This document shows positions 10,082-20,331 of a stretch of DNA of 64,000 bases, one piece after another. Each line of letters opens with the position of its first letter. Within the stretch, counting starts at the first letter, position 1. Both the position numbers and the translations under genes were made by a program. The notes beneath the pieces were generated by a model. The model saw only the letters and a list, made by a program, of their open reading frames with translations. It was not told the DNA's origin and ran no database searches. The stretch comes from Oligoflexales bacterium (lineage in GTDB: Bacteria > Bdellovibrionota_B > Oligoflexia > Oligoflexales > Bog-1112): contig JBGCDR010000131.1 of the NCBI GenBank assembly GCA_045105515.1, forward strand, positions 1-64,000, written 5' to 3'.

Positions 10082-11082
10082 AATGCAATTAGCCTTTCAG
10101 TGAGTGGTGATACGTCAATCTTAGGGTCAATGGTGAGCAAGCCAGTTTCATCCCCTATTTTTTTCAGCATATCATCTCTGGCCTTTGGGTCTAACTTGGA
10201 TGTATTGACACTAATCCCGAGGCAGCTTACCTCGGGATTGGTAATCTTTGCTAGTCTCAAGGATAAATCAATGCAAGATTGCAAGTTTGGCATTGGATAG
10301 TGACTCAGGCCACGCATGTGAGTACGAACGGGCTCATGGCATATGACGATGACATCAGGTTGGGAACCATGAAGGAGGCCTAATGAGACTCCTGAAAATG
10401 AAGGGTGCATGATAGATCCCTGGCCTTCAATAATATCCCAGTGGGCAGATTGGTTTGTCGGGCTAAGCATTTCTGCAGCACCTGAAATGAAGTCGGCTAT
10501 AACAGCATCTATAGCTATGCCTTTACCAGCTATGATCATGCCTGTTTGGCCTGTAGCCCGAAAGTTGGCATCAATACCTCTTTTATTTAAGGAGTGGGTG
10601 AGGCACAAAGCAGTATACATTTTACCGATCGAACAATCGGTACCCATGGTTAAAAGCCTTTTGCCATGGCGTTTTATGCCCTTACCTATGGGCAAAGGCA
10701 AGGATGATTGCCTAATATCGATAATCTGCCTGTTTGCCTTTGCTGCTTCATTAGCAATAGCAGAAATTTGTGAAACTTGCTCATGAAGCCCGCTCACCAA
10801 ATTTAAGCCACTTTTCAGTGCATCGACCAAGGTCGAATGCCAACTAGACTTGATCCTACCGCCAGGTGCGGTGGTGCCAATGACTAATGATTTAGCGCCT
10901 AGTTGGCTAGCTTCTTTGATGCTTAGACGAGGTAAGTCTAAGTTGACTTTACATTCAGGCAAAGATATTTGCCCAAGGCATTTTTCAGGCACCCACTCGA
11001 ATAAAGCTTTTGCCGTTTTAATTGCAAGCTCGTCAGAGGCGTTTCCGAGGAACAAAAGATAGGGGCTTGGTAGCTCGATCAT
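10075..11082 (-). CDS. dgcN: D-glutamate N-acetyltransferase (DUF1611 family)
   Basis: PYLLFLG, GTDCSIGKM, ATGQTG and EGQGS motifs; coupled to dgcA. Confidence 0.85.
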   Translation of the reverse strand: MIELPSPYLLFLGNASDELAIKTAKALFEWVPEKCLGQISLPECKVNLDLPRLSIKEASQLGAKSLVIGTTAPGGRIKSSWHSTLVDALKSGLNLVSGLHEQVSQISAIANEAAKANRQIIDIRQSSLPLPIGKGIKRHGKRLLTMGTDCSIGKMYTALCLTHSLNKRGIDANFRATGQTGMIIAGKGIAIDAVIADFISGAAEMLSPTNQSAHWDIIEGQGSIMHPSFSGVSLGLLHGSQPDVIVICHEPVRTHMRGLSHYPMPNLQSCIDLSLRLAKITNPEVSCLGISVNTSKLDPKARDDMLKKIGDETGLLTIDPKIDVSPLTERLIALC

Positions 11083-11140
11083 AAAAAATCCGGTAGCTTG
11101 AAGCTTAGTATTTATCTACTTCGTTTGTGAAACCTATTCT

Positions 11141-12031
11141 TTACATTAAGTAACTTGAAGCGGATGCTCTTACAAATAAAGATTGATGACTTACTGGCTT
11201 GTTGTGACCGTGAAGGAGTGAAGAAAAGATATGCTCTGAGTTGAACTCATCGAGGTTTAGGTGAATTAATTCCATATTCAAATCAATTTTTTGAAACATT
11301 TTAATAATGTTTATCAGTTGGTGCTTACGTCTTTTGTACGCAAAATTGTCAGAAGTTAAAGAACGATCGTCTTGTAAAAAAGTTTCAGACTTTTCAGCAT
11401 CCAAGAGAATAATTTGGTCCGGCAGGTTACTAGAATAAATTGATTTTAGGGTAGCATATCTTTCTCCAAAATCTTTTCTCGCGATCTTTACCACTAATTT
11501 TCCAATATCAGCAAGGTATTTTATGGGGTGGATTGCATGGCATCTTGTACCAAGTACGGCAAGCCAAGAGTTTAATGCTTTTTGTTCTGCAGGTTGTAGT
11601 TCTCTCTCCAATGAGTAGAGTAAATCACTTAACTTTTCAGCGCCTCCTGCTGAATGCATATAGACAAGAAGGTCATCAAAGTCAAAAGTACTACTTATGA
11701 AACTCTCATCATTGTTGATGAGATAGTGGGGTCTATAGGTACTTAGGATATGCCTTTCAATGTCACCATAGAGGGTTCTTGCTAGAAAAAGGAAGATTGG
11801 CTCAAGCAGGTTCTGGTCTTTACTTTGTCTTGAATTAAGGGCTAGGAGGTTAGGGAGCTTGTTAAGTACCCTTGAAATACGTCCCATCGGGAGGTCAGGG
11901 TCTTTATGGTATCCAGGAAATGGTAAAAACTTGATGAAGCTCTGGATATTGCTATGATCTTGATTTAAAGCCTTCATGATAGCTTGATTGGTGCATTCAG
12001 AGCTTCCAAGTATGGCAATTTTTTTGGTCAT
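11141..12031 (-). CDS. Hypothetical protein
   Basis: 296-aa ORF; no confident family. Confidence 0.6.
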   Translation of the reverse strand: MTKKIAILGSSECTNQAIMKALNQDHSNIQSFIKFLPFPGYHKDPDLPMGRISRVLNKLPNLLALNSRQSKDQNLLEPIFLFLARTLYGDIERHILSTYRPHYLINNDESFISSTFDFDDLLVYMHSAGGAEKLSDLLYSLERELQPAEQKALNSWLAVLGTRCHAIHPIKYLADIGKLVVKIARKDFGERYATLKSIYSSNLPDQIILLDAEKSETFLQDDRSLTSDNFAYKRRKHQLINIIKMFQKIDLNMELIHLNLDEFNSEHIFSSLLHGHNKPVSHQSLFVRASASSYLM

Positions 12032-12389
12032 GTATTTCCCTACGAGCGTTCAATAAGTAGCAGAACCCTAAACTAAGATTTATTTTCGAGCCCATTCAAT
12101 AAACCATCTATATGGCGCTCTCTGTAAGGCTTTTACCTGCTTAAGATAAAAAATTCCATAGAAATATACATATTTCATTTTTATTCGATACCAGTTTTTT
12201 TATTCTGGATCTGTCTTTATCTTATGTTTGGTCACAAAAAAAATCAGAATTTTCAGAACCGATTATTATTGAATCCAAACAAAGACAAAAATGTCTTCTC
12301 CTTTTATCCTAAGATGGAACAACCCGAAGAACAAGGTTTTTTTAGGTGGGCAAACAGTGTGAAGTAAAGGAATAGTAAAGATTAAGTCT

Positions 12390-12554
12390 AACTCAAATCC
12401 GAAATAATACATTTCCCGTCATCCCCAAAGGCTTTCGTAGAAAGGCTTGTAAGATGATCTCCTTAAGGTAAATGGAAATTGTGGAAGAGCCCCGACGTCC
12501 CATCGGGACTGAGCATGATGGCATACTCAGGACTTTAAATTTCGGATTTGGGGT
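12390..12554. other. Structured intergenic element (candidate ncRNA or miniature repeat element)
   Basis: Terminal 12-bp inverted repeat CAAATCCGAAAT (12394-12405) / ATTTCGGATTTG (12539-12550) enclosing several hairpins. Confidence 0.4.
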
Positions 12555-12824
12555 CAAATTTTAAAGAAAAATGTTGGTGTACTGTTAATATTATGATGAC
12601 GAGAAAAGTAATTTATTGACCCAAATATCGTTATTATTTACGGAGAAGTCACGAGTCAATTTAGTCAATAAGTCCTATGTTTGAGACAAAATACCAATTT
12701 TTTGAGAGATTGAAATTAAAAATTTATTTTAATATGAGGCTAGCAAAAACCCAGTGACTGATTGAAAAGTGAGGAATTAGTCACTGAAAGGAACAATAGG
12801 AGTGCGTGCTCTTGTAGAAATTAA

Positions 12825-13286
12825 TTAGTCTAGGTGGTCATCGGTACTTGCGTGTTGGCACAAGGCGTGACCTTTTAGCCACTCACTTTCACCGTCTGTA
12901 TAGTATTCCTTCTTCCAAATTGGCGCCCTTTTTTTGAGTTCTTCTATTATGTATCTACAGAGCTTGAAGCTTTCATCACGATGAGGGCAAGAAGCTTTTA
13001 TAATCACACTGAGGTCCCCTACTTTCAGATCACCATAAGAGTGGATGACCCAAGTTTTTGCTGAACCCTCCCAATTTGACATAGCTTCTTGACAGATTTC
13101 AGCCAATACCTTGTCAGCTAGTTGCATGTGGATATCGTAGGATAAGCTTTTTACAATTCTGCCATGATTAATTTTTCTGACTCGTCCAAAGAACCATGCT
13201 TCAGCACCATGTAGATCTTCTGAAGAGTTTTCTAAATCATCGATGCTTAGGGGACCTTCTTTGAACTTAATATGAATGGAATTCAT
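12825..13286 (-). CDS. moaE: Molybdopterin synthase large subunit
   Basis: F-G-VR, HR, LKKRAPIWKKE motifs. Confidence 0.92.
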   Translation of the reverse strand: MNSIHIKFKEGPLSIDDLENSSEDLHGAEAWFFGRVRKINHGRIVKSLSYDIHMQLADKVLAEICQEAMSNWEGSAKTWVIHSYGDLKVGDLSVIIKASCPHRDESFKLCRYIIEELKKRAPIWKKEYYTDGESEWLKGHALCQHASTDDHLD

Positions 13287-13291
13287 AGATA

Positions 13292-13564
13292 TTAACCCCC
13301 ACTTACTGGAGGGAGGATAGATATTACCGTATCCGTAGCAATTGGGTCGTCATCTACCAGAATTCCTTGATCGCTGGCAATCGCACAGTGGGCGATAATT
13401 TTGTTTACTTCTTTGAAATTCAAGTCAAGTTCATTTTCTATCGCATAGATTAAGGCTGCTCGAAACTGTGCTACTGAGCAGGGAGCTTCGAGCGGAAGCT
13501 CCCATGTTTTTTTAGGTATTTTTTCCTTCAAGAATCCAAAAAATTCTATAGATATGGATGTCAT
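13292..13564 (-). CDS. moaD: Molybdopterin synthase sulfur carrier subunit
   Basis: Ubiquitin-like size, C-terminal LPPVSGG, operon context. Confidence 0.9.
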   Translation of the reverse strand: MTSISIEFFGFLKEKIPKKTWELPLEAPCSVAQFRAALIYAIENELDLNFKEVNKIIAHCAIASDQGILVDDDPIATDTVISILPPVSGG

Positions 13565-13587
13565 AGAGATCTCCTTGTTTCAAAGTT

Positions 13588-14844
13588 CTAAAACATAAAC
13601 TTTCGATCCTGACTAAGCAGGAATGTATCCACTAAGCTGCCTTTACATATGGTGTCTATGCCTTTATCTATTTTTACCCAGGCATTGTAGTCTCTAAGGG
13701 ATGATAGCATATGGGAACCTTGACCCTGGCAAACGCTTGTTTCAAGTACAGCTTCTGAAGTCACTTGAACTCTTGCCCGCAAAAAAGTTGTCAAGCCTTT
13801 AGGAGTGGAAATATCTTGATTCAATTTTGCCTTTACTGGCAAGGGAGTAGGTTGCCGGGCTAGATTTTTAAGAAAAGGTTCTACAAAGAAACTAAATCCA
13901 AGCATGGTTGAGATGGGGTTTCCTGGAAGTCCAAAGAAAGTACAAGGTTTCTTATTGGAGAAGCTTGCCACAAGTATAGGTTTACCTGGCTTCATTGATA
14001 CTTTATGGAAAACAGTAGTTCCTTTTAAATCTGAGACCATGCAAGGAATCATGTCATACTTACCTGCTGACACTCCACCAGTACTGATGATGATGTCACT
14101 TCCCAAATCAATAGCCTTGGAAATTGCAGAAAATAGCTGTTCGGCTCTATCTGGACTACTCACCTGGGATATTAATTCACAAGGAAGTTGCTTAAGTTTA
14201 GATTTCAGAAAAGGGGCCGAGCTATTGCGAATTTCACCCAATAGTGGGTTAGGGTTTGAATTGTTGCTTAGAATTTCCTCGCCAGTTGATATGATGGACA
14301 CCCGGATTGGTCTAGTGACCGTGACTTTGTTTTTACCTTGGCTTGCTAAAAGCATGATCTCTTCAGGAGAAAATGCAGAGCCTTGGCTTATTAGAAGGTC
14401 TCCTGGCTTTAAGTCCTCTCCTTTTTCTCGGATATTAACTCCCGGAAGGATGGCTTGCGTTACAAGGATTTGCCCAGCACCTTCCTTTACATCCTCGACT
14501 TTTACTACGGCATTGGCACCTTTTGGCACCCTAGCACCTGTCATTATCCTACAAGCTTCATTAGATCCTAAGGTTTCATTGAAAGGATTTCCGGCAGAGC
14601 TTTCACCAATTATGTTCAGTGAGCTAGGAGCCTCGATGCTAGCTTGGACTAAATCATTGCTTCTAACTGCAAACCCGTCCATTGATGAATTGTTAAATGC
14701 AGGATGGAATTCATGGGCATAGATATCTCTATCGCTTATTCGGGAATATGCTCGTTCTAGAGATATTTCATCTTTTTGTAGGGTTTTTCTTTGGTTTAGT
14801 GCCAAGGCATGGAGCTTTTCCTGAGCTTTCTCAAAACTGATCAT
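13588..14844 (-). CDS. moeA: Molybdopterin molybdotransferase
   Basis: SSMDGFA, IMTGA, STGGVSAG, MKPGKP and GLPGNP motifs. Confidence 0.93.
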   Translation of the reverse strand: MISFEKAQEKLHALALNQRKTLQKDEISLERAYSRISDRDIYAHEFHPAFNNSSMDGFAVRSNDLVQASIEAPSSLNIIGESSAGNPFNETLGSNEACRIMTGARVPKGANAVVKVEDVKEGAGQILVTQAILPGVNIREKGEDLKPGDLLISQGSAFSPEEIMLLASQGKNKVTVTRPIRVSIISTGEEILSNNSNPNPLLGEIRNSSAPFLKSKLKQLPCELISQVSSPDRAEQLFSAISKAIDLGSDIIISTGGVSAGKYDMIPCMVSDLKGTTVFHKVSMKPGKPILVASFSNKKPCTFFGLPGNPISTMLGFSFFVEPFLKNLARQPTPLPVKAKLNQDISTPKGLTTFLRARVQVTSEAVLETSVCQGQGSHMLSSLRDYNAWVKIDKGIDTICKGSLVDTFLLSQDRKFMF

Positions 14845-14855
14845 GTTTTATCCAT

Positions 14856-15875
14856 TCATCGAGAGTTGGTATTGTTGATGACTCGAATTGCATGTGGGAT
14901 CGAGGCTTTCAGGGCTACCATTCCTTCCTTAACAGCATTGGCACTACCTGGAAGGGCTATAATAAGACAGCTTTGCCTAAGCACTGCTATTGACCTGCTT
15001 AGATAGGAGTAAGGTGTAAATTGTGATCCATACGAACGCAGCAGTTCACCAATACCGGGGATCTCTTTCTCTGCAATTAACTTTAGTGCTTCAGGGGTTT
15101 GATCCCGTGGAGATAAACCAGTTCCGCCAGTGCAGATGATTAGCTGTGGTTCTTGCAGCTTCAGCATACTTTTTATGCTTGTTACAATTTCATTTAGCTC
15201 ATCCGAGATGAGTTCGCTGCCTAGGTGCTCAGCTCCAAGCTTTTTGATTTCTGTTGCAAGCAATGGGCCGCTGCGGTCTTCATAGATTCCTGAACTAGCT
15301 CGATCACTGATGCTTAAGGTACACACCCGAATTCCTTGCCAAGGAAGTGGTGAAATTGTTGAATCTTCAGGCTGTTCTTTTGCTGATTCATAAGACCATA
15401 CTCCTGACTTGCCACCTTCTTTGCGTAACAGTCTGATGTTTCCGATAGTTAGTAAAGGATCTACTTGCTTTGTAACATCGTAAATAGTCAATAGTGCGCC
15501 ATGAACTCCTGAGAGTGCTTCCATTTCAACCCCGGTTTTGCTGTGAGTCTTAGCTTCGCAAACTACTTTGACAGCTTGGTCTTTCTCAGAGACTTCACAA
15601 TGTATCGTGAGCTTTTCGAGAGGCAGGGGGTGGCATAACGGGATCAAGTCGGAGGTTTTTTTTGCTGCTAAGATACCTGCTGTTTCTGCCAATGCGAAGC
15701 AATCTCCTTTAGGTAAAGTTTTTAATTTGATCCGTTCTAATGTAGACGGGCGCATGTAGATATAGCCTTCGGCCGTAGCAATCCTTAAGTTTGAATTTTT
15801 ATCAGCCACATCAACCATATGGTAGTTTGCTTGCTTTTTAGCCCCCGATGGATGCGAAGTGTTTTGTGATTCCAT
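14856..15875 (-). CDS. moaCB: Bifunctional MoaC / MoaB(MogA) molybdenum cofactor biosynthesis protein
   Basis: MVDV, LIPLCHP and GVEMEAL (MoaC); SDR, DRSG, TGGTG and LPGS (MogA/MoaB). Confidence 0.9.
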   Translation of the reverse strand: MESQNTSHPSGAKKQANYHMVDVADKNSNLRIATAEGYIYMRPSTLERIKLKTLPKGDCFALAETAGILAAKKTSDLIPLCHPLPLEKLTIHCEVSEKDQAVKVVCEAKTHSKTGVEMEALSGVHGALLTIYDVTKQVDPLLTIGNIRLLRKEGGKSGVWSYESAKEQPEDSTISPLPWQGIRVCTLSISDRASSGIYEDRSGPLLATEIKKLGAEHLGSELISDELNEIVTSIKSMLKLQEPQLIICTGGTGLSPRDQTPEALKLIAEKEIPGIGELLRSYGSQFTPYSYLSRSIAVLRQSCLIIALPGSANAVKEGMVALKASIPHAIRVINNTNSR

Positions 15876-16824
15876 AATTTCCTTCTTGGAGATGATGTGA
15901 TCGCTCTTTTATATTGAGTAGCTCGTGGATTTTTGCGATCAGATGTACTTTATCCGCACTTCGCTGTAAGTGAGGGCGGAGTGAATGGTTTTTAGTGCCG
16001 AACAGGCAAAGTCTAAGTTCACCATGTGAAGTGATACGCAGACGATTACAAGTACTGCAAAAATCTTTTGAATAGGGTTCAATAAAACCAATTCTTCCTA
16101 GGTAAGATGGATGTATCAGTTCTACTGCTGGTCCTGAGTTTTTTTCTCTTGGTTTGATACTCCAGCCTTGGCTTAAAAGTGTATTTTTGACCTCTGAAGC
16201 CCGTACATGATGCTTGTTAAAATAATCCTTGTTGTCTGCTGCACGCATGAGTTCAATGAATCTTAAGCTAATTGGGCGATGCTTTATCCAATTGGCAAAA
16301 GTATCAATGCTCTGATCATTGATATTGCGCAATAAAACGGTATTAACCTTAATATGTGAAAAAGGCAATTCAAGGGCCATATTAAGCCCTTCCATAATGC
16401 CTTCAAGGCCCTTCATCTGGGTAACAGCATTAAATGTTGCTGGGTCGAGGCTGTCGATACTGATGTTTAAATGGTTAATCCCGGCATCATAGTAACTTTG
16501 AATCCTTTGCTTGAGGCGAAAGCCGTTAGTTGTCAGCGCTAATGTTTCAATCTTTGATTTGCTGGCAATGTATTGAGCTATTTTAAGAAAGTCTGGTCTA
16601 AGAGTTGGTTCCCCTCCTGTGATTCTAATCTTCTTAATTCCGAGATCATCAAAAGCATCTACAAGTCGCTTTATTTCATCAAGGGATAAGTGCTTTTCTT
16701 CTCCAGGTGCGCACTGGTAGCCATTGGGTAAGCAGTAATGGCATTTGAAATTACAGCGGTCTGTTATGGAAAGCCGGATGTAGGAAAAAGTTCTACCATA
16801 AGGATCTGTTAGGGACTCTTGCAT
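15838..16824 (-). CDS. moaA: GTP 3',8-cyclase (radical SAM)
   Basis: CNFKCHYC, FCSTCNRLR, C-terminal IGG; start moved to ATG 16824. Confidence 0.95.
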   Translation of the reverse strand: MQESLTDPYGRTFSYIRLSITDRCNFKCHYCLPNGYQCAPGEEKHLSLDEIKRLVDAFDDLGIKKIRITGGEPTLRPDFLKIAQYIASKSKIETLALTTNGFRLKQRIQSYYDAGINHLNISIDSLDPATFNAVTQMKGLEGIMEGLNMALELPFSHIKVNTVLLRNINDQSIDTFANWIKHRPISLRFIELMRAADNKDYFNKHHVRASEVKNTLLSQGWSIKPREKNSGPAVELIHPSYLGRIGFIEPYSKDFCSTCNRLRITSHGELRLCLFGTKNHSLRPHLQRSADKVHLIAKIHELLNIKERSHHLQEGNYGITKHFASIGG

Positions 16825-16970
16825 GGATTTGCCACCTGTCATCAAGGGACTGTTCTTGCTGAATAAAAAGTACAGAAGCGAGCTATAAATGCAAAGTTAA
16901 TTTTGTATGCACTTAAAGCTTTTCGATGCATTGTGTCTCTTAATTTGTTGAATTGGGCATACCAGACTAG

Positions 16971-17450
16971 CTAGCTTAAAGTCTTTGAGTCGGAGTGTTG
17001 AATTTTAATGGGACCAAAACTTGAGTGGAAATAAGCAGTTCCGAGCCAATTCGCGATAAATTGACTCTTTCTTCCTGCTAATATCTTTCTGATAATACTA
17101 ATAGAGCTTTTCAGGTCGACCTCTGCGGGGAGGGAAACATCAGCTGTCTGCTCGGCTCCTATTAGGATAGATTCTTGATGCTCACCCTTGGCAACTAGGG
17201 TTTCATTGATCCTGAGTTGATACTCCAAACGTTCCATTTTTAGTTCAAACTCATTGGGGTTGTGAACGTTAAGGTCGATAGAAACGCTTACCCGAGAAAA
17301 GGAAACATGCTTTACCCTAACTGACTTGAGATGTACTTCTGGATTTCTTAGTCCTAAGCCAACCAAAGCCTTTAAATGAGCACAAGAACTCAAGCAAAGA
17401 AGCAAGAAACCTAGGCTCATGCCGCTTACTATCCATTTATGCTTGAGCAT
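16971..17450 (-). CDS. LEA type 2 family lipoprotein
   Basis: Lipobox LSSC; NPNEF motif. Confidence 0.8.
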   Translation of the reverse strand: MLKHKWIVSGMSLGFLLLCLSSCAHLKALVGLGLRNPEVHLKSVRVKHVSFSRVSVSIDLNVHNPNEFELKMERLEYQLRINETLVAKGEHQESILIGAEQTADVSLPAEVDLKSSISIIRKILAGRKSQFIANWLGTAYFHSSFGPIKIQHSDSKTLS

Positions 17451-17471
17451 TCAGCACCTCAGTTTGCAAGT

Positions 17472-19049
17472 CTAAATTAAACTTAGGATCCTTTCTTGAC
17501 CTATTTCCTTCAAGAAACTCGGGAGCCTTGGGCCCTGATCGCGATTTATCAGTTTCTGATAAATTGCTTTGAACACTTCTTTTGGTTCAGCCTCTGTACT
17601 ATGGATCACTTTTTCCCAAATAGCGTCATTAAGAGCTTTTGGTTCTATGACTTCCAAGTCTAAAGACTGAATGAGTGATTTAAAAGCAAGCATAGCCTGT
17701 TCTTGCTTAGGGTTCAACGCTATGCTAACCGGAGTATGGTTAATTGCATATTTGAATTCATCGGGCGCATGGGATGCCAACCAACTTTTTGCCTTTGTTG
17801 CCCGGGTATAATACCTTGCAATGTCCACTTGGCTAGTAAGTTCGCTCTTGTAAAAACGTTCAAAGGTTCGTTCAGCATTGCCATCACAGATTTGTAGGCG
17901 GTTGCATAGAACGCGAAAGCTAGCCCTTTTTGGGGCAATCTCTGGAACATCAGCGGTCACTTGAGAAAGCTCATAAACCCGGCGATTCATAGGCCACTTA
18001 CCAGGTTTTGCTGGGCAAGGTGAGAATGCCAGCTGCTCAGAGCGGTCAAATTCATCATAAATTTTTATTACATCTTCATCAAAAGCTATCGAAAAGTCGT
18101 GGTTAGGGCGTTGATTTGCAAAAATCCAGCGCACAATCTCTGGCTCATACACTTCTAAAACTTCAGCCAGCGTGTAAAGCTCCCCCGAAGAGGAGGACAT
18201 TTTTCCAGCTCCACCCTTTATTTTCACAAAGTCATATTGGAGGTAAGTAGGGGCATCGAAGTCCCAGATTTCCTTTACAATAGTCTTGCCTGTGTCATAA
18301 GAACCTCCTTGTGAAGAGTGGTCCTTTCCTCCTGGCTCGAAATCTACTTTCTCAAAAAACCAGCGCATAGGCCAGTCTACTCTCCAGATGAGTTTAAGGC
18401 TTTTCGTTTCCCGTATATCGATGGTTTCAGCAAAACCACAGCTGCACTTATATGAGTAATTCCACTCACCCTCGTATTTCTGGAAATCTACGCTATCTTT
18501 CTCACATTTACTGCAGTAGATCGAAGTGGGAAGCCAATCTTCTGCAAGGCGAGAAGTACGATGCTCATTGAGGATTTCTTTGATTTTATCTTTATTTTCA
18601 AGAGCTTTTCTAATTTCACTTGCATACATGCCACTTGCATAACGCTGCTCTTGATAAAGGTACTCGGGGTCGATACCAACCTCATCTAGTTCTTTTTCGA
18701 ACAGGTTGATTCTGCCCTTAGCATAAGACTCAGCTTGTTCCCAGGGATCAGGGATTCGAGCGATAGGTTTTCTTAAGAATTGCTCGAAGCCTTCAGGTTT
18801 AGGAAGGTTTTTAGGGACTTTTCTGAAGGTGTCAAAATTATCCCAGCTATAAATAAACCTAACATTTTTATCTAAGGACTTTATGCCCCTAGCAACTAAA
18901 TCTACGGTAATTACTTCGCGAAAATTGCCCACATGGACTTTGCCGCTCGGCGTGATGCCACTTGCCAAGACATAGGTATCTTTTTCGTCTCTTGTCTTGA
19001 TAATACGAATGGCGGTTGTGTCAGCCCAATGGGGAGAAGTTGGTTTCAT
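17472..19049 (-). CDS. lysS: Lysine--tRNA ligase, class I
   Basis: HWAD, SGITPSGKVHVGNFRE, WRVDWPMRW, GKDH, KMSSS and GPRL motifs. Confidence 0.95.
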   Translation of the reverse strand: MKPTSPHWADTTAIRIIKTRDEKDTYVLASGITPSGKVHVGNFREVITVDLVARGIKSLDKNVRFIYSWDNFDTFRKVPKNLPKPEGFEQFLRKPIARIPDPWEQAESYAKGRINLFEKELDEVGIDPEYLYQEQRYASGMYASEIRKALENKDKIKEILNEHRTSRLAEDWLPTSIYCSKCEKDSVDFQKYEGEWNYSYKCSCGFAETIDIRETKSLKLIWRVDWPMRWFFEKVDFEPGGKDHSSQGGSYDTGKTIVKEIWDFDAPTYLQYDFVKIKGGAGKMSSSSGELYTLAEVLEVYEPEIVRWIFANQRPNHDFSIAFDEDVIKIYDEFDRSEQLAFSPCPAKPGKWPMNRRVYELSQVTADVPEIAPKRASFRVLCNRLQICDGNAERTFERFYKSELTSQVDIARYYTRATKAKSWLASHAPDEFKYAINHTPVSIALNPKQEQAMLAFKSLIQSLDLEVIEPKALNDAIWEKVIHSTEAEPKEVFKAIYQKLINRDQGPRLPSFLKEIGQERILSLI

Positions 19050-19288
19050 ATTAACACCTTAAAACTATCCGGAAAGCTCACTTCTAGGAATAATAATTTA
19101 CTACTTTTGCATTAGCAAAATAAGACACTTGCAAGCAAGTAAAGTTACACGATTCGTGTTCTCTTGCATAGTCCCGGCTTGTAATCAGCTTGTTCGGGTA
19201 GTCAGCAAAGATTTTCCTAAGGGTTTAAGAGGTAATTCCGATTACTTTTAGAAGGTTTGAACTGCAACGGATTAAGGCGATATATCCG

Positions 19289-20329
19289 ATGAGGGATGCT
19301 GAAGCTATTAGGGTACTCGCAGTAGACGATATGCCCGAAATCTTAGATTTATATGAAGAGCTTTTAGAGACAGAAAAAAAGGACGGTTCCAATTATGACT
19401 ATTGTACCGCAAGTTCTGCTACCGAAGCTTTAAGTCTTTTTGATGAATTCAAACCAGATATAGTTATTTTGGATGTTCATCTGAAAGACTCCTCAGGGCT
19501 TGAAATTTGTCGGCAAATTAGACAGATGACACGGAATAAAAATTATATCGGGATTATTTTTGTAACAGGCGACCAGTGTCCGAAACTAATGGAGTCTGGG
19601 CTAGATTTAGGTGCTGATGATTTTTGCGGTAAATCACAAACAGCAACGGAACTGACAGCTCGAATCCGCTCGGTAGTAAGGATAAAAAAAATGGCTGACT
19701 CGTTACAGTCAGCAAATGATAAATTAAGGTCAGCAAATGAGCGCCTTGCTAAGATCACAATCACTGATGATCTTTCTAAACTGTACAATATGAAATACTT
19801 CCAAAAGCGTTTGAATGAAGAATTTGTACGGGCAGACCGCTATCAAAAACATCTATCTCTCATCATGATTGATTTAGACCATTTCAAACAGGTCAACGAT
19901 AACCATGACCATCTTATGGGTTCTTTTGTCTTGTCAGAAACTGGTAAGCTCATCGGTGATTCGATACGCAGTTTAGATATTGCTGCACGGTTTGGTGGAG
20001 ATGAATTTATCATTCTCCTTCCTGAGACTGGACTGCAAGGAGCCCGAACATTTGCCGATCGCATCGGGCAAGGTATTGCTAAAATGATTTTTGATAATGG
20101 ACATTGTCAGGCTCGGGTAAGTGCTTCTATTGGAGTAGCAACTATGGGTCCTGGTATACCCTGTCGTTTTAAGAGTGCCAATGATCTTATGCGCGCTGCC
20201 GATCGGTTTTTGTATGAGGCCAAGGATTCTGGTCGGGGTTGTGTCTTTGATTTAAGTAATACAGTACGTTACAAGGATGCAGATGTTTTGGTCGAAAATC
20301 AGAATGAGTCTAAGGATAAAGCAAGTTAA
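19289..20329 (+). CDS. Response regulator with diguanylate cyclase domain (REC-GGDEF)
   Basis: Receiver AVDD/ILD; DLDHFKQVND; RFGGDEF with RxxD I-site (RSLD). Confidence 0.92.
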   Translation: MRDAEAIRVLAVDDMPEILDLYEELLETEKKDGSNYDYCTASSATEALSLFDEFKPDIVILDVHLKDSSGLEICRQIRQMTRNKNYIGIIFVTGDQCPKLMESGLDLGADDFCGKSQTATELTARIRSVVRIKKMADSLQSANDKLRSANERLAKITITDDLSKLYNMKYFQKRLNEEFVRADRYQKHLSLIMIDLDHFKQVNDNHDHLMGSFVLSETGKLIGDSIRSLDIAARFGGDEFIILLPETGLQGARTFADRIGQGIAKMIFDNGHCQARVSASIGVATMGPGIPCRFKSANDLMRAADRFLYEAKDSGRGCVFDLSNTVRYKDADVLVENQNESKDKAS

Positions 20330-20331
20330 TT

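Noticed and set aside
13904..14722. 272-aa antisense ORF in moeA, and similar antisense ORFs in groEL, serS and the FtsK gene
   Set aside because: Antisense shadows of well-conserved genes
16825..16970. Moco riboswitch upstream of moaA
   Set aside because: Short AT-rich leader with no recognisable conserved stems
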